From: Octopus vulgaris
Taxonomy: Eukaryota
NCBI GenBank assembly: GCA_951406725.2
Contig: OX597831.1
Span: 9,300,001 to 9,364,000 of the forward strand
Length of the DNA stretch: 64,000 nt
Reading direction: 5' to 3'
Position numbers and translations under genes: made by a program. Numbering within the stretch: position 1 is the stretch's first letter; each line of letters begins with the position of its first letter. The notes under the pieces are model-generated. The model did not search any database. It was not told the DNA's origin and saw nothing but the letters and a program-made list of their open reading frames with translations. This document shows positions 27,958-39,813 of the stretch, one piece after another.

Positions 27958-30479
27958 GTAAAGTGATGTATTTTATCGAAATCAAACAGCACAGCCCCGC
28001 AGTTTCCCTCTAGCGATGGATTTGTTATTGAAGCCGAGAGAATCACAACTCGTTCAGACAAAGTTTAAGAAGCTGAGTATTTAATCTTAAAATTTTCAAC
28101 TTTATTTCTTACACAAAATATATTAAAGTTCTTATTTCTTGTTGTTGATAGCCGCGTATATAGTATTGATTTATCCCTCTTTGAAATCGTCAGTGCAGTA
28201 AACCTCCAGACGCAAATAAATGTATATGATTCCTTGGTTGATCCTTTTTGGATGCTCGCCTATTTCAAGAGGACAACGTCCTCCATCCGTTCTCATATCC
28301 CGTATTCTTCGTAATACTTGTTATCTCATCTTCCTTTCTCCCCTTTTTCGACTCATCTTTTACATAAATTGTAACGTAGCTTTCAACAGATGCTCTCTAG
28401 CAAATAAAAGAAATCGGTATCGTCATCATCATCATCATCATAATCATCATCGTCATCACCGTCATCGTCATCATCATCCTCATCATCATCATCACCACCA
28501 TCACCACCACCACCAACACCACCACCACCACCACCATCATCATCGTCGTCGTCATCGTCGTTGTCGTCGTCATCATCATCATCTTCATCATAATCATCAT
28601 CGTCATCATCGTCATCATCATCATCATCATCGTCGTCGTCGTCGTCGTCGTCGTCATCATCGTCGTCGTCGTCGTCGTCATCATCCTCATCATCATCACC
28701 ATCACCACCACCACCACCACCATCATCATCGTCGTCGGCGTCGTCATCATCATCATCATCATAATCATCTTGTTATTGTTGTAATTATTATTATCATTGC
28801 TGTTTATTTTTTTTGTCAGCTATCATCATTATAACTTTTATTTATATAAAATCTTAGAAATCTTCCACATCACTCTATTGCGTTGCAAAAGAATGCAGCA
28901 TATTTTAGTAAACATATCTTTTAAAGACTAAAGTTAACCAATAATAAAACGAAAAAAAAAAAAACACAGCAAAGATTTATCAGATTTGCAATTATCTTAA
29001 ATTATTCGTATTGTTCATTTGTAAATAGAAGATAGGTATTATTGAAGTCCGATTACAAAAGGGAATAAGAAACTTATATCGAACATGTGATTATAGTTTT
29101 ATAATTCAATACTTCTGTGTCTGTCTATGTGATCTCTTGTTTATTTCGCGATCATATTATCCTCAATGTACAGTGCAATGTCAATTAACGATTTGTTAAC
29201 TTCGTTATCTATATAATGTGGTTTTCTTTTGATCAAACTTCAGACGCTCTATTGTTTCTGTCAAATGCATCACCGTTATATAAAATATTATATTTCGATT
29301 ATTATTTTTATTATCGTTGTTTATTATTGTTGTTGTTTTTGTTGTTTTTTGTTGTTATCGTTGCTGGAGCTAACGTATGATCAAATGTGATCAAATATCT
29401 TCCAGTCATGTCTAGCCGGTCTGATTTGTATGAGTTGGAATTTATGGGAGGGAAATGAATATCGGTGACGCTTTGCCCCACGCACAATCTGCAGATTTAA
29501 ATTTTAAATATTGCAAACTATTCCTTTCATGGTAACGGAAGATTTCGCAACGTTGGAAGTCATTATGTCTTCAGCGAATATCCCAGCGCCACAAGAGTTT
29601 CGAACCTCAACCGCTCCATTTCTCCTGAAAAACCTTTTCGCCTACAGGAAATTTCCAACTGCAGACCCATGTCATTGACAAGCAACTGAACGGATTTTCC
29701 TCTCACGACTAAATTAATGCTGACCTTTTCGGTTGTTTTTTGAAACAACCGAGACTTAGTTTGGAAGACTTTCTCGGTCTTCCAAACCAATTTTCTTTCG
29801 GAAATAGAGCAGGGTTGTTGATGAGAAACCACGGCATTCGTCTTCGATGAGTAATGAGGCCCTGTGTCACGTTTGACAAAGAACCTCATCAACACGTTAT
29901 ATTGACGTGTAAACTCTTCTGTTTTTCTTTCATCTTCAGTTTCCTTTTAATGTCTATCTCGTTCGTTCTTTGTCCCGGTCTTTCACAACGCCATATATAG
30001 CATGGCAGGGAGGGAACATACAACAATAATGTTGAATTACTGCCATAAGTAAGTTGCACAATGTAGCCATTCAACTTTATATGATGAAAATATGGTTGAC
30101 GTTAGTTGGTCAAGTGTTTTTGGTAGCGAAAATATCTCGAGGCTGAAAGAGAAATCAAAGAAATAAAACATCAAAATAAGAGAAATTGCAAATAAAAAGA
30201 AAGTGGATAAAAACAGGAAAATAGATTTGTCAAACATTTAGGAGGATACAAGAAAGAAAATAGAATAAAAATGTGAAAACACAGAAATAAAGTACAGAGA
30301 ATGAGAGAAAATTACAGAAGTAAAATATCATGAACGCCAAAAAGGCAATGAAATAAAATTAAATATAAATAAATATATAGAAAAAAAGAACACGATAGAT
30401 TGAATAGGACTAATATAAAATGGTCAAAACCCGCCTTCCAGAGAAAATATGCTGCAAAAAGTATTGACGATTGCATCTA

Positions 30480-30800
30480 GTTACCATCTTAATCGTGATG
30501 ATGCAGGCGAGAAATAGTCTTCTTGAAGTGTGCGGGAAAAAAACAGTGACAAGTGTGGAGCTAGAATATCGGGCAAGGAATCAGTAAGCATATGCTGTTC
30601 TAATGGTAATCTTTTATTGGGATACCAAAGATTTACAATGAACTTTTGGGCACCAATGTAAAATCTAGACACTTTCTGAAAAAGTCTTTCGGGTATACCG
30701 TTGTGACTTTTCGAATGATATTATTCCGAGCAAATTGTATTAGTGAAAGTGGTTCTAAGCCAATTATTAAAGGTCAGGGAGAAATTTATCACGAAATTTT
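30480..30800 (+). pseudogene. Helitron Rep/helicase N-terminal remnant
   Basis: DKCGARISGKESVSICCSNG, LLGTNVKSRHFLK and KGQGEIYHEI match the Helitron pattern C..C.A.....E...CC..G...S..FL..IR.YN...QG..YH.I. Confidence 0.7.
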
Positions 30801-31637
30801 TTCTCATTAGTTTTCACGTAATACAGATTTGAATTTTTACAGAGACATTTTCTAAATGACGTTTCCAAAAAGACGAAAAGGGACATAATAATTCCCTACT
30901 GAAGTAAAAGTATAAAATCTATTTTAAAATTGCAAGCATTGCTTTCTGAAAATAACTGCCAAGCTGAATGCCTTCGGCATATTGTGTAATGCATTTCAAC
31001 TGCGGTCTTTCTTCCACAAGTACAACACAACGATATAATTTAATTGCATTTTAGAAGATTTACAAGTAATAAATCTATCGCATCTGTTCCTTTATGTCTA
31101 GAGATTGCAGAGACTGTTAACTATATGATCGCCTTCAGTTCTTCTGTTCTTTGGAACACCCTGGGATTTCACTGCCCCAATGTCTATTATAAGTAGAAGC
31201 CATTAGCATACAATTATGCTATTTTGATCGACATTGGCTGTGATGATATTAAACTAATGTCAAAAATATGAATTCATCTTTTCAAGGTAGGATTGTGTCT
31301 GATTCTTTGGGGTGAGATGCCTTTCTATTTGAAATGTCTTTGATAGCATTTGATGCAATAAAACTCAGATTTTCTGAGACCATAAATAAATCAACCTTCA
31401 TTATTTAAATCTGGAAGAACCTTCCTTCCAACATGGACGAATTTAAATTTCGTCTAAAAGTTGGAAACCTCGTTCTCTATGTATTTAACATTATTTAAAT
31501 ACCTGAAACGATATATACTGGGTAATTCAGAATGTACACTGAATCGTAAACAAACGTAATAAGATACATAAGAGGTAGCATAGTAACAACAATGGAAAAT
31601 ATACATAAATATGTATATAGCAGGGCAAAAATAAAGT

Positions 31638-31875
31638 GCAATAATCCCTCGCCATATCCCGGTTCACATATCGCGGTTCACCTACCGCAGTTTATTATTT
31701 AAGCTTAGTTGATTCCTCTGTGGTGTTGTTTTGCATTTATAATAAATAAATATATATAAATTATGAAAATAGTAAAAAAAATACACGGTATAGTACTATT
31801 TCTACTTCGCAGATTTCCACCTATCGCAGGTGGGCTTTGGAAGGTAACATCCGCGATAGTCGAGGGTATACTATA
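31638..31875. mobile_element. Tc1/pogo (Tigger-like) MITE
   Basis: Imperfect TIRs caataatccctcgccatatcccgg and ccgcgatagtcgagggtatacta. Confidence 0.65.
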
Positions 31876-32229
31876 ACTCGGCTAAAAACCTCTCACTGTT
31901 CGCGATATTATTGGAAATGTGTTTCAGTTGTGTAATTCATTAAACTTTCTGAAATTATTTCTCATAGACGTATTAGAAATAGATAGAAGGTTATTTTAAC
32001 AATTACAATAAAACCGATATAACACGATAAAATAGATATCATACCAGCAGCCATATTTCTTTCCCTGTATATTGTGATATTATGAACTTGGTGGCTTTTC
32101 ATTTGCCAATCGTTCTGGCAGATTTTTCCACATCAGTAAGATTTCTGCTACAATACCGTCTGCGGATTTACAATTCATACGTAGATATAATATTACCAAA
32201 CAACAACGACAATACATTAATATCCAAAG

Positions 32230-32700
32230 TAAACATTTTTTAATCTAGAGCTGTTCTCAGTCGGTCTCACGATGTGATTTCCAGATTAACAATTACACGC
32301 TTCGCTAGGTAGACAAGTTTATATTCATATGTTCATGCTTGATTTCATGCAAATGGTTATATTCTTGAGTTTCTCGACGAATTCATACTGTGATATCCTT
32401 AAATTCCATCCTTAAATTCTTTTATTGATTTTCGCGTTCCTATAAAATATCATATTCTTATATTCTTCGCTGTGTTCACAGACAATGTTCTATTCCTTCT
32501 TTATATGCCATTTTCGTTTTGTTCATTGATTTATTATGATTATAGATGTCAAATTAAAGCTGAAGGTGAAATTAGTGTAGACGTCTGAGGCAAGATATGC
32601 ATTGTCTTTCGGTCATCAAAAGTGCAATGGAAAGGAAAAATGGATGTTGATATACTGAGAGAGATACAAAATAGAAGCCACGTGTCTAGAAATATGAGCC
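32230..32700 (+). repeat. Local repeat unit, copy 1 of 6 (gacaagtttatattc minisatellite plus exon-like segment)
   Basis: gattaacaattacacgctt...ttcattgattt...tatag-ATGTCAAATTAAAG; homologous to the copies at 34440, 45520, 47820, 51060 and 58590. Confidence 0.7.
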
Positions 32701-32834
32701 ACTGAGACGAGGAATTATGCGATCAACCTGTCTTCGTGAATCTGCAAATAAATATATCTCAGTCTACTCGTTATCGTCCCCCCACTCAAAAAAGGTTAAA
32801 ATAAAGTACATTTGTCTTATAACTGTTGGTGGCT

Positions 32835-33237
32835 GCTGTGCTGCTGCTGTTGCTGTTGAGCGAACGGTCTTCGTCCCAGAGCTCGCACGATGAGAAAAGT
32901 CCGAAACGTGGTCCTTTGCTATTCGTAAGACCCGCAGAAGAGAAAGCAGGTCAACCCCCGACACTGAGAGCATCGACGGATGGATTGAATGCGCATCCAG
33001 GCTCGGTGGTTGCGTAGGACGTCGGGGACAAGAAACAGGAAGAAAGAGTGTCAGAGAAAGTTGGAGCGAAAGAGTACAACAGGGGCCGCCACCACCCCCT
33101 GCCGGAGCCTCGAGGAGCTTTAGGTGTTTTCGCTCAATAAACACACACAGCACCCGGTCTAGGAATCGAAACCGCGATCCTCCGATGCGAGTCCGCTGCC
33201 CTAACCATTGGGCCATTGCGCCATTGCGCCTCCACTC
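32835..33237 (-). mobile_element. tRNA-derived SINE family C
   Basis: Reverse complement of 22100-22490. Confidence 0.85.
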
Positions 33238-34276
33238 TGTTGGTGGTGGCGGTCGTGGTAGTTGGCACGATGTACGAAAAAACAACAACAGCAATAAGTA
33301 AACAATATTTGGTAGTTCTTCAGAGACATCAAATTATAGACTCCCCATATCTTCCTAAGTATCAGGAGTCTCCAGTTATGCTGACTAACCAAGTCTGACT
33401 GGCCCGTGGAGAACCAATTAATAATCAAAGGAAATACATAAGATTTTAAACATCGTTTTCTTCACAATAAACATCTCTCTATCTTCTTTCACATGAAAGC
33501 TTTGTAAACCAATTTCAGTCGTAGGCACTTACACCTGACATCTCTTCACAACAAAAACAAATAAAGTGGAATTTAGATCCCTGACCAATATTTGGCGTTT
33601 GGTTTGAGTTTAAAGTGAGATTTTGAAGAAATATTTTCTGCAGTTCAGAGGAAGAATGTTTTTTCTTGCTCTTCCGACGGAGTTACAAGCGCCCTAGTAT
33701 TTCATTTAATTTTAGTTGCGACGGAGTTACAAGCTCCCTAGTATTTCATTTCATTTTAGTTACAAGTGTTGATCTTACCTTCTTGAAACACCAGTAAAAT
33801 CCCATTCATTTAGAATTAATTATAAATAGTATCAATGTAGAAAACGAATTATTGATTTTATTGAAAGGATATAATGTCTTACAAAAACATTGTAAATCAA
33901 AGTACAAATGTTTTTTTTGTTTTTTTTACTAGGTACACCGTTTTCGTACACAGATCTACTGAAATATTTCTGTGGAATAAACCAGAAACGCGTTAGTTTG
34001 TGAAGTCCTGGGAAGCCGTAATGGAAAAAAAATCAATGAAGCCTACAGAAGTTAGTCTATATAAAGCAAATGGTATACATAGTGTTCAAGTTTTCTCCTG
34101 ATACCGTTGATACGGTTGTAGTAGACAATTATATAACAGACAGTCATATATATCTCTATGTACATAAATGTATATATAGGTGTGTATATATATATATGTG
34201 TGTGTCTGTATGTATATACATATATATGTATATGTGTATATATATACATATATATATGTACATAAATTTATATGAA

Positions 34277-34327
<51 letters not shown>

Positions 34328-34328
34328 A

Positions 34329-34383
<55 letters not shown>

Positions 34384-34975
34384 CATACATACACGCACAC
34401 ATATATATGTATGTATGTATAGAGATATTAACATTCAGACTAAACATTCTAATCTTCAGCTGATCTGTGTAGACAAATGATTGCGATTAACAGTTACGTG
34501 CCTGAATTCCTTGAAAAGTTTATATTATTTTATAATATAAAATTGATGTTTAATTTTGCAGACAATTTTCTTTTTTATATTCCCAGATTCATCTTTGAAA
34601 TTTCGAAACAAGTTTAAATACTTGCCTGAGTTTATAAAGAATTATATATTCATTTTTAAAATCCACAACGAGATCGTAATCTCATATTTTTGTCCCGCTC
34701 GTAGACAATTGTGTATTCACTGCTAACAAGTTATTTAAATTCTTTTCAATGATTTCTGCTTACAAGTTGTCGAATTGACGTACATTGTCAAAAATTGAAG
34801 AAATCTCGCAGAATTCTTTGAAATAACGATGCTTTCAGTCGAAAGTGAAACTAATTAGTACATAGGTAATCGCTTTTTATTTCGTATATTTTCATTTGTC
34901 TTGCTTATTTTTACGCTTTGGTTTTTTGCCGCGATGAAAAAACTGAATAGACGTTTTATTGATAACTTCCCCTAT

Positions 34976-35400
34976 TCACACCTTGATGTTCTGCGGTAGG
35001 TGATTTAAAAGATGTGGTCCCTTGAATCCGAAGCTATTACAATATTGAGTTCGTACCCTCGATGGGGAAGATTGAACCATTGGTATTGTGCTGTGCCGTC
35101 CAGATCGGGCATTGTTGTTGCTTTTGATTCCGAAATTTGGAGCTAGACCCTCCATTATTTTCCCCGTGTATAGCACTGCATATCTCTCATGTTTCCTCTC
35201 CAGGGACTAGGGTCCGAGTTCCTTCAACCTCTCCCAGTAGCCCATGTGCTTTACTGAGTATGTCTTCTTTGTGTAATGGCGCTGGATGGTTTCTAGTTCC
35301 GTAATTAGTTGACCACTGTTGGGAACAGTGGTGCAGACGACGACTGAGGACAAACGAGGTTCTCCAAAGCAGAAGCATTCTGTCTCTGTTCCTGCTCCTG
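34976..35400 (-). pseudogene. CR1/L2-group LINE RT C-terminal fragment
   Basis: LITELETIQRHYTKK...MGYWERLKEL...ER...GLAPNFGI...YCNSFGFKGP.L.N.LP. Confidence 0.75.
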
Positions 35401-35534
35401 AAATACCATGAAGCCTTCTGGAGATTAATCTGTCAGTTAAATTATAGCACATTTCTTTCTATGGGTGTAGATATGTTTTTATACGTATACTTTACATACG
35501 CGTGAATTATGATGTCACCTCCATTATATATGCA

Positions 35535-35662
<128 letters not shown>

Positions 35663-35802
35663 GATATGTTTATGTATATGTATATATGTATATATATATA
35701 TACATACATATATTATATATATATATATATATATACATATATACATACATGTATACATATATATAAATATTCATGTATATATATATATATATATATATAT
35801 TC

Positions 35803-35909
<107 letters not shown>

Positions 35910-37186
35910 TAGAGTTGTAAATATAGAATTGCATATGAATAAAAGAGATTTTTCAAAGATAGATGTCTTACCACAGTTAAGTTTGAACGTACGAGACACA
36001 CATTAAACAACAACAACAACACGTATCAATTCTAAGGCAGGAATACTTTGTGTAGTTCTTCAAAGGTATTTTCTTTCGCCACTTGCACACTCTTATCATT
36101 ATCAATAACTTTCCCATCGAACATGGCCGTCTGATTGATGTGTATTCACACACAATGTCTAATGATAGTTTATCAGATTTTCAACACCGTTATTCTTTTC
36201 ACAAGAGACATTTCCGTCTCCTTTTCTAAAAAAAAAAAACACAGGGTCCTTTGTTAGCTAATTCCAGCTTTCAATAGATCTGTTGCTTATGCGTAATTCG
36301 AGGAAAAAATGTCTATCTAGCGTTAGTCATATACTTGTTAAATAAGATTTTGCTTATCTCCTAATTTTAGTGTCAGCCAAATGTCAGAGCTCTTCACGGT
36401 ACAAAAAAAATTAACCCATCTAGATAAAGACATTTTTCTTGGATCTTCCGACTAAGTGTAATTGTAGCTTCTACTGATGAAAGTAGAAAGTATAAACCCG
36501 TTCTTGAGTTGCGAGTTCTAAAACTATAAAACTATGCACAATAAGTAATGATTGCTGATCTATTGAACGTATATAATATAAAAGGGAGAAGTTTTAAAAG
36601 AAATTAGAAATTTTCGCTCCTATTGCAAACATAGCTACTCGACCATGTCGAAGGAGAGAATGTGATAATGAATCTGGTGGTATTCATCGCGATTTCGTAT
36701 TCTGGCAAAAGGCCGGGAAACATAGAAGTGGGGTACAGTTTGGTTATATTGAGACCTTTGCTTCAGTGGTACGTAACGTTACTGGCCCCGAAAAGTTGAG
36801 AGGCAAATTTGGCATCGGTAGGATTTGAACTCATAACGTGAACTATCAGAAGAAATACCGTCATGCATTTATCTGGTGAATTCATAATGCAGTGATAGTG
36901 AGATTTTTGTGAACTTAAAACACGAAAACCCACTCAAAATAACACACATACACACATACACACATACACACACACACACACACATACGCGCGCGCACATA
37001 CTCACACATACAAAGAAAAGCCGCATTGAAAAATGCAGGCTTACAAAGAAGAAGCTCTGGGGTCGATTTGCTCGACTAAAGGCGGTGCACCAGCATGGCC
37101 ACTGTCAAATGACTGAAACTAGTAAAGAATAAAAATAAAGAGAATTTATATAAGCATATAAATACATACATATATATATATACGTG

Positions 37187-37253
<67 letters not shown>

Positions 37254-37415
37254 GTGTGTGTGATTGTGTATAGAAGAATATATTAATAAAAAGAATTCCA
37301 ACCTTGTCTGATTTTCACGTTTTATTTACAATCTTATAATGATATATTATAAGATAATATATTATAATTGAATAAAATAAAATGAAATAGTAGAATGTTA
37401 AATATTCATTCTGAT

Positions 37416-37460
37416 TGAACTAGTACTTTCATGCATTGAATTCTGCAATCTTCGGGTTCA
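37416..37460 (-). ncRNA. Minimal hammerhead motif with CCGAAGA core variant
   Basis: Minus strand tgaac-CCGAAGA-ttgca gaattcaa tgcat-GAAA gtac TA-gttca; 5-bp stem I, palindromic stem III (agtact). Confidence 0.7.
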
Positions 37461-38074
37461 TGTAGTAGTGTTGACAGTCATGCTTCACAATTTTTGACTG
37501 TAGCAAGATGAGTGATTCTGTGCTATAAATACAGCTGGGTAGGCTCCAGAGTGCTAGGTTTTGCAAACTGTATTCTGACCAATCAGTGTGTAGTATCACT
37601 CAATTACTTAAGCTGATTGGTTGGTTGAGCTGATTGGTTTAGGCATCACGCTTTGTTGGACAGGTCAAGAGTCCTGTATCTTGACCCTGGCCGAAGCAGC
37701 AATTGTTGGGTTATTTTTAGAAATGTTGTAAATATCCTTTGTCAGAGATTTTTATATTTTTATATTTCAATTGTCATCATCATCATTGTCAGCACCTTAA
37801 TTATTGTTGCTAGTGGTGATGGTGGTGGCAATAGAACTTTTAACCCTAAATAAGATAATTTTCCTGCTATCTTCGTCTTGATCACCTTTAGTATTGTTGT
37901 TGTTGTTAGTGGTCATGGTCGTAGCAGTGGAAGTAATACCTCTAAGTATTATTATTATTGCTTATTTAGCTTGGGTTCGAATTTATCAATAAAATTCTTT
38001 TCTCTGATTTTCCTCTCGATTTCACTTGGGCTGTGTAATTTGTAGAATGGAAATATTATATATATTTATATATA

Positions 38075-38105
<31 letters not shown>

Positions 38106-38176
38106 CCGGAGTAAACACATAAATGTGAAACAAGGTGGAAAAAAGAGTACTCAAATACCAGTGGTAGAGTAATATG

Positions 38177-38305
38177 CTTTATTTTAAGCAGCAGAAAATT
38201 CAACAAAATCTGTTACTCTGAGTTTCTCGTTGCCGTTCATCAGACAGTTTTTGCTAGAAACTCAGAGTAACAGATTTTGTTGAATTTTCTGCTGCTTAAA
38301 ATAAA

Positions 38306-38306
<1 letters not shown>
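38177..38306. mobile_element. Perfect 51-bp inverted repeat with an intact minimal hammerhead at 38210-38247 (-)
   Basis: Arms 38177-38227 and 38256-38306; minus strand ctgt-CTGATGA-acg gcaa cga-GAAAC tcaga GTA-acag; the element lies between two (TA)n tracts. Confidence 0.85.
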
Positions 38307-38359
<53 letters not shown>

Positions 38360-38363
<4 letters not shown>

Positions 38364-38560
38364 ATTGATCGTTAGTCACTACACACATTTTTTCTCTTCT
38401 TGTTTCTCTCCTTGTTTTTTCCTGTGTCCCTTTCTGTAGAAGAGCGTAGGTTTGAAACGTAAAAGACTTTTTCTATTCCTGAGCGTTATACTAATACATC
38501 TGCTTGTTTTGTACACCACCTGTTTTCGTCCTTTGTTTTTTCCGTAAACTCTCCCTATAT
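38360..38560 (+). mobile_element. pLTR-like repeat with CUGU-variant hammerhead-like motif (38430-38465)
   Basis: cttt-CTGTAGA-agagc gtag gttt-GAAAC GTA-aaag; second copy at 52270-52440. Confidence 0.6.
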
Positions 38561-39781
38561 ATATATATATATATATATTTATACACACACATTTTTGCGT
38601 GTTTTGTGGAATGTTGTTTTCATTTCACATTCATTCATAGAAAATAATTTATCACCACAGTCATATTCTCTCTGGACTTCAAGTAAACAAAAATCCTTTT
38701 TGCGCTCTGCTCACACATTCGGTAAAGAATAATAGTGACTTACTACGTGTATCATGCTTATTGATCTTGCATTTATTTTGGGATCCCCTGGTGGATGTTT
38801 TCCGGGGTACTCGAACTTACAGAATTAACCGATAACAGATCTGAATGCTGTTTGGAATTCTATTCACCGAAAACTGCAATACAGAACAAAACAAGAGTAT
38901 GTCAATTTGGTCGTTGTACCTGTCGGATAATACAGTTTGTGATACGCTATCTCTGAATGTATTAAGGGTTGCAGGCCCTTAAATAGAGGACTGGACAACA
39001 AGTACAGATGTAATTAAGCAACAATATTTACGACAACGATTGCAAACACACCGAGGAAAATGGTACGAATCAACATCGTCATTATACTTCTCCCCTTCTT
39101 CCTGTTCCACCTCCTTCTACTCACCCCTATCATCACTGCCATCACCACCACCACTACCACCATGGCTGTCGTATTCGTCATCTCATCATCATCATGGTAA
39201 TCATCAATATCTTGGTAATTACTCGCCTTTATGCATCTAATAATCCCAAAAGGCATCTGCGAGGTGGTTCATGAAAGGTTCCTAGCTTTAAAGGTATCGC
39301 GAAAGGCCTGGCTGGAGGCCAAAGTTCCGAATTCTTTCACAGGGTTTAGATAAACCGAAGGACCGCTGCAATAGGTGTGTAACTGTAAGCGGGGAATATG
39401 TTGAATAAAATCATAATTAACGGACCCTCCTGTATTTTCTTTTCCCAAGCCATGAACTTTCCTGCACCTTCTCGAACTAGAACTCACCCTCCGTGCAAAC
39501 AAAATCATTCGACAATTTAAGAAACAATTTACCCACAACTATAGACTTAAGCAATATTCTCACAGCAGAACTTCTCAGGTTTGCTACTAATATACAAATA
39601 GTAATTTTTAAAGCGAGTGTTTCTATGATTAACATTGAAATTTATATATATTGCCGCAATTATTGAATTTACAAACGAGAATAAGAAAACCGTTTGAAAC
39701 ATTAGAGGATAGGCTCATATTTCAATCGATATGTCTCTACTTTATTTGATCTTCGTTCAGTTTTTGTCATAGTAATTATAT

Positions 39782-39784
<3 letters not shown>

Positions 39785-39813
<29 letters not shown>

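Noticed and set aside
30990-31450. Possible NeSL/R2-type RT relic on the minus strand (IPGCS motif)
   Set aside because: Single short motif; insufficient without a search
33673-33760. ~45-bp direct repeat as a CRISPR-like array
   Set aside because: Two adjacent copies with no spacers, in eukaryotic DNA; a simple tandem duplication
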